Source of the DNA: Patellaria atrata CBS 101060
Lineage: Eukaryota
Assembly: GCA_010093705.1 (NCBI GenBank)
Contig: MU006092.1
Coordinates: 936,623-1,000,622, forward strand
Length of the DNA stretch: 64,000 nucleotides
Direction of reading: 5' to 3'
A program made the position numbers and the translations under genes. The notes under the pieces are model-generated. The model saw only the letters and a program-made list of their open reading frames with translations. It did no database searches and was not told where the DNA came from. This document shows positions 13,995 through 26,541 of this stretch, one piece after another. The number at the start of each line of letters is the position of its first letter. The first letter of the stretch is position 1.

Positions 13995-15866
13995 ATGCCT
14001 GAAAGAAGTGATTCTTCGCTCTGCCCGTCAATTAGGCCTTCGAAGGAAGATGATCGCAATTTGCACGGCAGTCAAGACCCTATAGTTCCCAATAAGCCGG
14101 AAAAGACCTCGGGTCTGAATGATTCTGAATGGGAGAGCCTTGGGAATGAACACAATGGCAGTGTCGATAACGGCGAAGTAAGCACACATTTAGCCATCCT
14201 GATTCCCAACCCTTTTCTCACAACCTAGCAGCAAGAGGTCTTCGGTACAGAGGAAGATGCTGATGTTCATTATCGCACCATGGCTTGGGGGTATGTGTTA
14301 TTGATCTCATTGACTGAAAATATACTGATTTTTCTCTAGTAACGCTGCTCTTCGTAAGCTGACATTTTCATGCCACTCATTGATCAAATACTAACAGAAC
14401 AAGTCATCGTCGCGGAGACCATCTCGCTGGGCGTCCTTTCCCTCCCGTCTGCAGTTGCAACCATCGGTCTTGTTCCGTATGTATATTCCGATATTAATTT
14501 TCTCTTCTATCTCAAGAATAGCAGATCGAAGTTAACATTTCTTGTCCCATAGTGGTCTGCTCCTCATCTTCATCCTCGGCCTCGTAGCTACCTACACTGG
14601 CTACGTGATCGGCCAGTTCAAGTATGCTCATCCTCATCTTCACACATTTGCTGATGCGATGCGACTGGTTGGAGGACCGGTACTAGGCGTCATAGCAGCA
14701 ATTGGACAGGTCTTGATCTTGGTATTCATCATGGGTGCACATCTATCGGGTTTCTCAATCATGATGAACGTCCTCACCGACCATGCATTCTGTTCGGTCG
14801 GGTTTGGTGCCCTGGGACTTTTGATTTGCTTCCTGTTGGATCTGCCCAGAACGTTCAAAAACGTGTCCTACCTTTCAATCTCTTGTAGGTCATTCTGTTG
14901 CACGAAAAGCGAACGCTCCCCCCTTTTTATTTCTCATTCTCTGTATAGACTATTATGATTGCTGATAATGAATAGCTTGTATATCCATCGTAGCAGCAGT
15001 TTTAGTTGCCATCGTCGGTATCGGCATCCAGAAGCCAGATGAAGGCAACATCCAAGCCGTCTCGAAAGGGATCGACCTTCCAACCGGGATGCTTCCCGCG
15101 CTGAACATAATTCTCTCATATGGTAAATTCCATAATCTTCCCCCCCTCTGACCATTTTCACCTTTCTAACACAATTCCTCCAGCCGGCCACGTCGGTTTT
15201 TTCTCCTTCATCTCTGAAATGCGCAATCCGCGCGACTTCTCCAAAGCACTCGCCGTCAGTATCGGCTTCAGCACCCTCTTCTACATGTTCGTCGGCGTCA
15301 TAATCTACTACTACGCCGGGCCCAACATCGCGTCTCCCGCGCTCGGTTCCGCCTCCCCCGTCGTGCGCAAAATCGCCTTCGGCCTCGCGGCTCCGACGAT
15401 CGTCATAGCCGGCGTCATCAACGGCCACGTCGCCGCGAAGTACGTCTGGGTGCAGTTCTGGCGGTGGAAGAAGCAGGAAAGGACGATGGGCCAGAACAGC
15501 GTGCGGTCCTGGGGGAGTTGGATCGTCATCAACGCCGTGCTCTGGGTCGCCTCGTGGCTCATCGCCGAAGCTATCCCTTCGTTCTATCTCCTGCTCGGAC
15601 TCATATCCGCGCTGTTTTGCGGCTGGTTTAGCTTCGGGCTTAGTGGGTGGTTCTGGCTGCATCTGAACAGGACGAGGTTGACTGAGAATTGGAAGAAGGT
15701 TGCGTTGGCCGTGTTGAACATTTCGATTTTGGCGCTTGGGTTGGCTATTTCGGGGCTGGGGTTGTATGCGAGTGGGTTGAAACTGCATCAGGGGGCTGGG
15801 GGGGAGCCTTTCACTTGCAAGAATACCTATCAGCCTAATAAACCGGCACAGGGGTTGTCTGAGTAG
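13995..15866 (+). CDS. Neutral amino-acid permease (Aa_trans/Mtr-like), multi-exon
   Basis: IVAETISLGVLSLP, YTGYVIGQFK, AGHVGFFSFISEMRNPRDF and SPALGSASP motifs across spliced ORFs; many TM segments. Confidence 0.9.
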
Positions 15867-16373
15867 ATCATCGCGTTCTTAAAGAGGGTTTGAGGAAGAT
15901 GTGTTTGCGATGTTTATACCCTGGGAGTTTATCTGTATTTCGGATTCAACTGATTTTGGTGTTTGGGTCTCTTGGTGTTGCGCGTCTTCAGTTCGTAACG
16001 CCCTTAACTTCATCAAGTGTATACTCGCATACCCAGAGCCGACTTGCCGAAAAGTATTATCCAGCTATCGTGAACAACTAGGAAAGTATGCGGTAATAAA
16101 TGAATCCGAAGAGAAGCTCTTATTTATCAGGATAGTCAACCTCGTCTCTGAAAGGAGGAGTATTTCGCATCATACATTTTACATTTTTGTTTGAGTCCTA
16201 TCAGATAGAACCATGGAAATACAACAAACGCACTAAGCGACAGTGTCCCATAACCATCCAAGACAACTATCCCTTCCCTATCACACGAATCCCTAACTAA
16301 CCGTGCACTCACAGGAAGTTACACCCCAGTTTAAACCAACCTTCAACCTCCGACACGACTTCCACAGACCAAT

Positions 16374-16661
16374 TTAACAATTCGTCACAGTAAACGAAGC
16401 AAGGTTTCTGCTCGCGACCTTGTTCCAGTCGTCGCACGAGTACCCGACCTGGTTCCCGCAGCCGGATTCGGCGTAGAGGTGGATGCAGCAGTCTTCGCTG
16501 CCGCCGCGGTCCCAGTCGAAGGTCTCTCCGGCCAGCGTGACGGAGCGCGTGCAACCGACGTTGGCAGTACCGTCGAAGACGCTGCCGGAGCCGTCGACGT
16601 AGGTCCAGGCGAGTGTTTGGCCCGGGAGGGCGATGGCGAGGAGGGCGGTGAGGAGTTGCAT
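16374..16661 (-). CDS. Small secreted cysteine-rich protein (95 aa, 6 Cys)
   Basis: Signal peptide MQLLTALLAIALPGQTLA; strong GC3 codon bias; CAAC-ATG start context; TATAAA upstream at ~16849-16854 on the minus strand. Confidence 0.8.
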   Translation of the reverse strand: MQLLTALLAIALPGQTLAWTYVDGSGSVFDGTANVGCTRSVTLAGETFDWDRGGSEDCCIHLYAESGCGNQVGYSCDDWNKVASRNLASFTVTNC

Positions 16662-18056
16662 GTTGTAGAAGTTTGGTAGAGGTTTGGTTTGTGGCTTGGT
16701 TTGTAGAAGTATGGTGTTAGCCTTTTGCTTTATCGCTTTGAAGATCAGATTTGGGTTTACTTACTTTTGGTATTGATTGTTGGTTCAGTTCAGTTGTCTG
16801 AGTGAAGATGGGGATGATTTTGCTTTTGGAAGCGGACTCCTTCCCCCTTTTATAGACATGGAGTATGATGTATTATGATACCTGAATGTAGGATTTACTC
16901 TCATGGCGCAAGCACTTTACTACCGGAAATACGAATGCGATGAGACCGAACGACACAAAAGGATGATCACATAGAAGAGTGGCCAGTGAGTTATAATATT
17001 TCTGAATACATGACTTCTTACAATGAAAGTGAAGTTATTATGAAGTAATTGTTGAACAGTTTTGTTTGATAGTCATTCGGCTGAGGTTATTTTAACGTTA
17101 TATAAAGTGCATGAGCGGGTTGGTTATTAGTAACGGTTCGCACTCGTCGGATTATCCCTTCAACGGTGAATATCAACCCGAAGCATGAAACGATGATTAT
17201 GAAGATCAATGAAAATCATCACAAGTTATCGGAAGAGGCTAGCCGACGTACGGAATTACTTCTGGTTGAGTTTCTGTATTTATACAGTGAATGAGTTGAG
17301 AGTGAAGTAAAGCATTACGAGTTTATGAAGATAGAAGAGGAGTTAAGCGATGGGTTATCCAATAAGGTTGTGTATCTATTCTGTCGGCGGGATCTCTGAC
17401 AATCTGAAAGTATTTAAAGAGACTTTCTGACAATACACAATTGTATGTGCAGTATAAGAGAACTGTATACAGTACAGTACCTGGTAAATATAAACCAAGT
17501 CGAAGAAAGAGATCAACAGAACAAGGGTGACCACCCATGATCTCAACCCCATCTTATGGGCCGAATCCTATTTGCTTACTGGCGGAGAGGTTTTGACCCC
17601 AATATGTAGCTCTCTGGTTGCAGACAGCTTGAGATACAGACCTATAAGCGGAGGTTGTGGTTTTTATCACCCATCTAGTTCTGCGTGCTTCGATGGGTTG
17701 GAGTTACACTACCCTCATATACATTAAGGGCGATCTTCATGTTCTGGGAAATCGGCCGTGGTTTATGGCCGAAAGGTATTACACATGGGAAACTACCTAG
17801 AAATGCCTCACTCATACTTCGGTTCCAGCGGGTTTAGAGTTCTTAGAGTCCTTCTATAACAGTGGATGTGAGAGTAAATCTTTTGAGTGTTTTAAGAGCT
17901 GAATCGGCTATGGTCAAAGATCTCCAAAATGAAGGGAATGACTCTGCCGCACTGGGTTGACTTCATACAGTAACAGTAAATCTGATCATACCAAACGCAT
18001 CCAGTGCTTACAATCGAAATAAAATAACGCCTTGAAATCTGGTCACTTCTGCGTAC

Positions 18057-19703
18057 CTAGAGTGGCGGGTGAGCGTTCATAAGCAGCATTGTAAAATATG
18101 CTTGGTTCCACATATGGACTTCGGGTGAAGGCTTGAATGCATCCGGTCTACCGCAAAAAGAATCGTAATAGAAAGAATTCGGGTCACTGGTGCCATCAGA
18201 CTCACCACCCGGCTTCACCCAAATAAAGGAATCCGCGAGGTCAAGGCCAGTATCGGTTGAAGGGCGTACGCCAAAGCCTGCGCCGTTGACGTTACACCAG
18301 TCAGTCCAATTCTCTCGAAGTCCAATTACGCCGTTGCGGCTCGTATCGATCACCGCATGGTTCGGTACACCCACGGTATCCAAAGCTTTACCGAACAGTT
18401 CAACGAAAATCTTCTCGTTTTGAGCCGGATTATATTGAGCATCACCGTCGTATTCAAACTCGCCAGGTTTATAATCCCTAACGTCTCCGTGAGTATACTA
18501 TCATCAAATCGCAAGTATGGACTGCTGTCGCCGTGAGCTCCTCCCATCTCTTCCACTCGTGATGTTGTTTGCTTACTGTATGCTCGTTCAAAACGGAGTC
18601 TCCAATGCAACTGTACGGGGAGGTTGAGGACGTGTGCAGGACCCCTGACCGTACTGACAATAGAGATCTGTTCATACTTCCAAAACAAGAGACCGCAAGT
18701 CATTGTTTCGCGAGCGTATAGAGAGTGAGGCAGAAGAATCTATACGAAAGCGGGACGTACCACGAGTTCCAACCGGCAACATTGGTAGCAAAACCTCGAA
18801 GTTGCGATGGGCTTCCCGCTGTGCGATACATTCTTGCTATTTCTTCTGCACCACGTTCGCGGTTGCTCTTCCAGCCTAGGCTGCCACCATGTCCAGCATC
18901 AATGTACATAATAACATTAGGGAGGTTGAGGCGTGTTAAAGCGTATGTAATACCATCTCGGTAACTCTCTATAACAGTCTGACAGGAGCCCAAGTCCGCA
19001 TTTAGTACAGAAAAAGTCAGAGCCTTGGGCTCAATAATGAGCGCGAATGCTTTCCCGGCATTGGCTTCGAGGATGTCGGCAATGGCTAAGTCGTACGATG
19101 GATTAATCACATGACTACATGAAATTTCCTTGACTGTAAAGAGGGAAAAGAAAAATAGATTTAAAGAAGGAGATAAGATCTTACAATTGATGAAGCGATT
19201 TTGGTACGCGTCAGCTTTTACCGATATGTTCCCTATATCCGATGATGAAGCGTGCGCGCAGCGAGGGCCGGGAAGACCATGAATGACTAAACCCAATATC
19301 TGATCACATGCAAGGTTGGGGAGGGTGAATTCGATCTTATCAATATCTGCAACTGATTCTCTACACAGCCGTTGTCAAATTAGGTCAGAAGCTAAGGATT
19401 GCAGTGGCTAAAAAGTAAATGTTGAGTTGCTCACATCCACAAGAAGGTACCGGCATTGGCAACCTTCAGAGCTTTAGTTTTCAGCACAGAGTCGGTTATG
19501 GTCTCGACCGCAGCCTCAACTTTCTCACGGTAGATGCTATTTGCATGCAGAGTATGGCTTTTCCATACGTTCGTATTCGCATCTAGTGACACCGGCGAAG
19601 AGCACGAATCAATAGCTTTGCGTTGAGGAGGTGCAGAGTCCGAAACTGCCAGCGCAGCGGCTGTAACTGCAGGAAGGAGGACGGCTGTTGCAGTAATCCA
19701 CAT
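18057..19703 (-). CDS. Glycoside hydrolase family 6-like secreted protein with degenerate active site (4 exons)
   Basis: Signal peptide; YIDAGHGGSLGW, RGFATNVAGWNSW, VIDTSRNG, DWCN and WVKPGGESDG motifs; introns 19361-19434, 19086-19184 and 18478-18760 give a continuous frame. Confidence 0.9.
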
Positions 19704-22115
19704 TGTTATTAGAATCTCAGGTGGATTCTATCGCTTTCCCTGCCGTGGAACTCCTGGTCACTGCACGGTTGCTCCCAAAATGGCCTCGGACTTTGCTGTA
19801 CGTAATGAACCAGACCGTTACAAGGACTGCAAGCTGTACGAAGCCCCTGAAAAGAAACTCAAAACTTTAGGTTTGAGTGTCCTCCAGCGAGTGTGAAGCA
19901 AGCCTACAGCAAGCGAGCAACGAGGAGTACCAACTGTGGCAAGGGAAGATTTATTTGTTCAACTCTAAGCATAAGCATGGGGTGGGACTGAGATAGGGAT
20001 ATATCCACCACCAGTGAGGGAGGACTTTGAGCTCGACAGAGATTAAACAGAAAGGTCTTCCAACACGCGGTTCTTTGTGGTTCGCTCTGGGAAACAGCTG
20101 CTTAAGGTCTGCTGGCAGTTAAAGTGCATCGTGGCACCAATTGCCAGTACGGAAAGCGGGCCGAAGCTTTTAATAAATATGATATTTATACGAAAAGAAG
20201 AGTCCGAAAGCGTGCTGATGCCGAACCGAGAACGCATAGTGATAAATGAAATAAAATTGGCATTGTCGAGAACCAACTAGAAGAAAGGGATTTTGCTGTA
20301 CAGTATCTTCTACTTAGACTTTTGTTAGAGAACGTATCTACAAACTCACCACTACTTTGTAGACTCGCTATACGCTAATTGTAGAAGCCAATAGAATGAC
20401 CTGGAAAGCTCTATCTAGGTCTGGAACTCAACGCTGCCCACTGCCATCGGCAACTTGAGATATTCAATAGTCACTACAGGGCATCAACTTATGCGAGATA
20501 ATGCATTCAATAATGCGGTAGTATTACATTTTGAATACCTCAGCAAACAGTAAAGTAGTAGGCGGCTCAGCTGGAGGGCAAGAGAGTGACAGAGAGCACG
20601 GGTGAGTTTCTTTAAAATACCTCATCCTTCGGATTATTACCGTTGAACAAATAGGAGTCGTACTCCGTACATAAGCGGATTAGGTCAAAGGAGGCTTGCA
20701 GAGATGCTGCGATCGAGATTCACCCTGCGCGATCGACCGAATGGATGGAAATTATGTCATGGCCCTGATTGCTTGTCCTGCTTTGTCCCGTTCACGGAAA
20801 ATGCAAGTTTGACTCGAATGGGGATGACGTTGGGCTCCGTCAGAATGTTCCAGACACCGAGTTACAGAACAAAAAACGGATTTCTGACGCAAAAGCCTGA
20901 AGGGGGTTTCAGCAGGTTCCGAGGGGTTGTTTAGGGAAGCTTTAGGCAGGATTTGCACCCGGGTTTGTCGGCCGACGCCAGGCTGAATTCAGGTTCCGCA
21001 GGTTTTAGGACTAGCGCCACGTGGCGCAAGGTTTCTGCTCAGCCAGTTCTTCAGCCATACCTTAATAGAAACTACCTACGTCAGGTACCTACGTCGTACT
21101 TTCCACCTCAGCCCTCAGCTTTTCGTTGTACAAGTTATTTGAGCTTAGACCTCAGAATTGCGGGATACCCAACAAAATGACATAGCCAGGTGACGTCAGC
21201 TCAACTGTCAGAACTCAGTTGAATTTTGGATCCCTCAAAACTTGTATGAAGACGATAAGGAATATTTTCGATATCTAGTACAGACTGTAGTAGTTACTTG
21301 TAGAGAACAAAAAAAATAAATCTTCCGGATTTGTACCTTTGCATCGCCATATCTACCGTTATCCGTTGGGTTTCTCTTTCTTGGGACCGTTCGCGGTATC
21401 CAATCACATGCGAACCGGAGAAGAATGGAGCTGTGCCAAGATCGGGCCTGAACGACCCATTTCTGCACGAGTCATCCCTCGTCATTGGTGAACTTTGTGA
21501 TGTAAAGTTTTGTTTTTGGGTTACCTTACCTTTATTTTCGTAATGATACCTCTAATTTCATTATTGCGAGGGCAAGTGCGATCCAATCCCATCGATATTG
21601 ATGGCAGGTGCGATCCATTATTATTAGATGTCAAGTGTAAGCGTGTAAAAGCCTCGTCCGGGGCCCCAATACTCATCACTTCTTACACCAATCTCATCCC
21701 CCCTTGCCTATCACTGCCAATTATCTTCTGTGATGCAAACAGGATGTCAAGCCTTCCAGGTTTCCAAGCTCTTCCGCGTGTCGAATTTCTACAATTTCCC
21801 ATCTTTGTCACACTTATCGATAAAGGCAATTCATACATAAGCTTCAGATACACTCACTCCCTCTGACGGAAATATATAATTCTACAACACGCTCCAACAA
21901 AGAAAGACCTCAAAGACAACTCAAGCTCAACTGCTCAACGTTGATACTCAACTCACTCTTCTCTTTACGCCTTTGCTCTCACTTGATCATCACTTTACTC
22001 CAATCAACCCTGACCTCCCTCAACCTCCATCTACAACTTCAACTTAAGATCAAACCTTGATCTCCATATCCCCCTTCAGCCTTATCTGGGGTCAACGTTC
22101 ACACTACATCTCAAC

Positions 22116-23542
22116 ATGAGGGTTCTCATGATGCAGAAGTCCATGGGGCTCTTTGCCACAACCGGAGAATACAAAGCCAACACCAGCCTCTTAAGATACC
22201 TTGCGAGTAGAGGCCATGCCACAGCACAATTCTGCTTCACATACGATGGCGAGATCGAGCGTGCGATATCGAAAGTGGAAGCTGGAGGCGCGAAAGCAAG
22301 TGTCTCTTCAGGTCAATTCCAGATGATCACCGAAGAAGGCAACCCTACAGACATCAAGTACTGGTCGTTTACGAATGTCAACGGTATCTACAACATCGCC
22401 TTAGATGCTGATGCCATCACCAAGGTCTTCCCTACGAAACTCCAGGCGAAGGAAACCAAGAAGTTCCTAGAGGTAAGCACACCGCATTACAACTTTGTCT
22501 CACCCACTCTAACAACCATAACAGACTGAAGAGCAAAGCATACGACTCCAAGCCTATACCAAGCTACTATTCGAGCAAATTTCCCTCTTCAAGCCCACAC
22601 ATATCCTATTCAGCGATCCCCTATGGATGAAAGCTACATCGGTAATGGATCTTGAGGGTGCTAAACGTATCTTCATCATCCACTGTGCCGAGCAATTACC
22701 ATTTGGACCTTATGCTGGAGGTATCCCGAACAGTGCTTGCTCACCAGCAGAGCATGAGCTTCTGAAACAATGTAACGGTGTATGGGCTGTCTCAAAGGCT
22801 GTTAAGAACTATGCATGGAAATATGGACAACTGGAGACCGCATGTATCCCGAACCATGCATGGATCTACCTTGATGAGAGAACACAACAGCTACCACGAC
22901 GAAGGTACAACTGGAACAAAGGTCTCGTCGGGATGATCAATCCATCGAGGGTTAAAGGTGTGCACATCCTTCTGAAATTGGCTAAGCGGATGCCGGAAGT
23001 CGGATTCGTTTGTTGGCGCAGTTGGGCTATGCACGACGAGATTCGCAAGGCCCTTGAGGAACAACCTAACATTGAGTAAGTAGATTCCTAAGAGTCTATC
23101 TGATATCACAATGGATTACTAACATGTCAACCACAGGTTACGCGACCCAACCACCAACATGGAAGAAGCATGGGACGACATCAAAGTGCTCCTTGTACCA
23201 TCACTCTGGCTCGAAGCATGGGGCATTGTCGTCGTCGAAGCTCAGCTACGAGGCATACCCGTGCTTGCATCAGACGCTGGTGCTCTTCCTGAGTCCAAAC
23301 TCGGAGTTCCTCATATCATCCCTGTCAAAGCGCTCACCGGTGAGCACGACGAGGATGGCCAATACACTGTTCCGGAGCAAGACATCGAGCCTTGGGTGGA
23401 ACCACTCGACACCTTACTCAAAGACGAGGAAGAGTACAAGAAGCTTGCCGAACAGGCAAGAACGGTCACTGCCGACTATGTCAAGAACCTCGATGACACA
23501 GCGATCGAGAAATGGATGATCAGCTTAGCGAGGAAGCAGTGA
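22116..23542 (+). CDS. Glycosyltransferase family 4 (GT-B fold), 3 exons
   Basis: EX7E motif LLVPSLWLEAWGIVVVEAQLRGIPVLASDAGALPE; INPSRVKG; HCAEQLPFGP; introns 22473-22524 and 23076-23136 keep the frame. Confidence 0.85.
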
Positions 23543-24515
23543 TCGGTATAGGTCGATGGAGTGTTTAGCAAGGGAGTATTTACAGTGATATAACTCATTG
23601 TTCCCTGGGTGGTTTTGTACGATTCTTTATGATACCATGATTATGTTTCAATCTCACATTAGACTAGCATAGCTCAAGCAAGCGATAGGCGCCTCATCAA
23701 TTGATAATATATTATTGTATAAATTTCTGGTATCGCTCGTTTCCGATATGACATTTGGCGAGTCTTACAATCCGTTCTTATTACCTGAAGGAGTCAAACT
23801 GCCCAACTGTACTGTACCGTGGAAGGAACAAGCCTCTAAGCTACGTACATTACTTGGAATTGAATATCTCGAATTGCACCACTTATTGCAAACCGTTTGT
23901 ATAATCTGTGGACCACAATACATCCTCACCAATACAACATCAATCACATCACTCACGTAGAAACAAGTAATTAACCAAGACCAGAAAACCCGTCCAGGAT
24001 CATGGTATAACAGCGAAGGGGAGACACCCGGCATTGCATGTAAGGTAAAGTTTAAGAAGAAATGGGATTAGGTTGCTTCATGTTCTTAGCTTGGGTTCGC
24101 TGTATAGTACAGGGGAGCCGAGTCGACGAGTCCTCCGGGTGTAGGCGGACGAAGAAAGGGGGGCATTATGTTTGTTGGGACATGAGTGTTTGAACTTTTG
24201 GTGCGGCGATAACTGTTGTGGTATACGACCTTCTACGCACGAGGATAATCACATTTTCAAACAACAGTGCTCAAGTTGCCTGATGAGCCGACGGGGATTG
24301 CACTGGTAGTGGGACATGGGAGCATGCATTGAGAGGAAGTCAATATCACGGTTTGCACATAAGCATTGGGAGAAAAGTGAGATATTCCTTCGTCATTCCT
24401 TTACGGTGACGGCCGTCATCATTTCATCATAGGATAATGTACAGTTTTGATGAACCATCTCCATTCTCATACCCACTCCGCTCCTTCTCAGTCTTCTGAC
24501 CCTGCCAAAGACATC

Positions 24516-25273
24516 CTACTTAGTCGAAGGATTAGGCGAGATAGTCTGATCAGGGAACTTCCTGAAGATATCCGCGATGTGATCGATGGGTGCAGTCAAC
24601 AATCCCATGACCGTCTCGAACGGTGGGTTTTCGCCGGCATTTGGGTGGCTGCGAGATGGGACGAACGCCTTGGTCCTACCGAAGCTCTTCGCAAGTGACT
24701 GCGAATCTGCGGTGCCTTCTTTGCTCAACGCATTCTCAAGAGCCGGAAGATCCTTCTCTTCCTCATCCTTGATATGCTCTGAGAGAGGTCCGTAGAGCTC
24801 CTTGAGCTTAGGCACGTAGTTGGGATCAGTCGATTTCATGTTTTGGAAGGTCTTCAAGAGCTCTTTGACCTATTGTTGAATAATGAGAAGATCTCAATGA
24901 ATATGATACATTGTCTACTTACCATGTGATGCTCTTCGCGGTCCTTGTCTGCCATTTGTTTTCCTTCCGGTCCCAAATACTTCTCGAAAGCAGGATAGAC
25001 AATCAATTCCTCGCCAACGGAGTGACGAGCGAGCTCCCAGGTGAACTGATTGCCATAGCGTTGCTGATGGTCGGGGTCAGAGGAGTTGACGACCTCGTTG
25101 TAGTACTGTTCAAGCTCCCTGTGGTCGTGCTTGATGGCTTCTGAAATGGTAGACATGGTGGCGACGCGTGCACGGAGAGATGCTGATCTATTTGAGAGCA
25201 AAAATCGTGGCTGTTGACGTTGAAAGACCGCTCTGAGCGTTGGAGTTGTTGTTGTGAGACGGGTGAAGCTCAT
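24516..25273 (-). CDS. Hemerythrin/HHE cation-binding domain protein with probable mitochondrial presequence (2 exons)
   Basis: HDHRELE, WELARHSVGEELIVYP, EHIKDEE and PSRSHP motifs; R/S/T-rich N-terminus without acidic residues; intron ~24870-24921. Confidence 0.88.
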
Positions 25274-26011
25274 AGCAGAATATGAGGATGAAGGAGAATG
25301 GGATTGTGTGAAGGGTGAGAGGGTGGCATCTATAAGATAAATAGGGTACGTACTGTACCCTCAGTTGCTCTCACTGAGAGTCTACATATTGCGACATCGT
25401 GATGCCTTCTATCTAGGTTGTGCGACGTGACCGCTACACGTGAATGCCTCTTTTGATGTTTTGAACGGCTCCGGAGAGCATTCCGAAGGCAAGAGCAATC
25501 CATCCGCGGAGGGGTTTGAAATCGGAATTGTCTCATTGGTCAGTAATGGAACTTGACAGTCTTTGACGCTGTTTGCGGCCGCTAACGTCATCGGTACGTT
25601 CGTTTTGGCTCGGCACTTCTGGCTAATTATCATTCATAGTCGCTCATTCTTCCCAGGTTTCCATCTCATATCATAATTTATCCTCACGGCCCCACAGTCA
25701 CAGGCGATTGCCACTTCAGCTTGTTTAATGTTCCTGCAGGTGTGGATGTCCCGGAGATAAGCCGACTGTCGGCTTGGCTCTTATCCAAATGACCACACCA
25801 AACTTCCCGTCTCACTTCCGACTTCTTCCCATCCGTTCCTAATAGTAAGGTATCTTAGCAATTGATCATAATATCACTTTTCCCTTTTGTCCCGTGATAT
25901 CTCTTAATTCTAAAATGTGCTTTCTGTGAATGGTTTATATTTCAATAGACGTTTGGGTCACGCGATTTCGTTCGCGTTCACTCACCTTCCCATTTCTTCG
26001 AGTCCAGACGG

Positions 26012-26160
26012 GAAAGTGAACTTTCACCACCTCATCTCAAGAAGTCGTATCGCACATGAATCTTCAAGGTCTTTAGCCGCGATCTTAGATAACTATATAG
26101 AATTATTATTATACTTATGATTAAGTAGATGACCAAAAAAAATATGCGTTTATGTCATGA
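26012..26160. repeat. Third copy of the degenerate dispersed repeat at 4506-4902
   Basis: GAAAGTGAACTT, the identical 17-mer TATCGCACATGAATCTT (4542-4558 vs 26048-26064), TAGATAACTATAT and GACCAAAAAAA in the same order and similar spacing. Confidence 0.7.
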
Positions 26161-26541
26161 TTCTCAGAGGTAAGATACGTTTGAACTTCGGCTCGCCAGG
26201 CCTTGGCAAGTCACACAAATATTTCCCTTCACGAAATCTTAGATAGTTTCCTTCCTTTTCCTCTTATTATTTATTTATTTCCAAGGGAGTCTACGAGTAC
26301 TGTTCAGTTATGCTCGTATCTTAAAGATACTCGCCGTGACAACTTATATATGTGATCTATAATACGTTTCAAAGGTAATGATTTATATATAATCCGTATC
26401 TTGATATATACTGCTTTTGAAGATATCTCTTAGGTATAGTATTATACTATACTTTAATCTCTTTTCGCTCTTTCTATCTTTGCTATTAACACAAGCGCCG
26501 TTGGTAAGCCGTATACTACACATCATTCATTTCTCTGCGTT

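Noticed and set aside
14934..15788. 284-aa minus-strand ORF
   Set aside because: Antisense shadow of the GC3-rich permease exon
21014..21027. 14-bp palindrome GCGCCACGTGGCGC with an E-box
   Set aside because: Single occurrence over 1 kb from any ATG; no function can be supported
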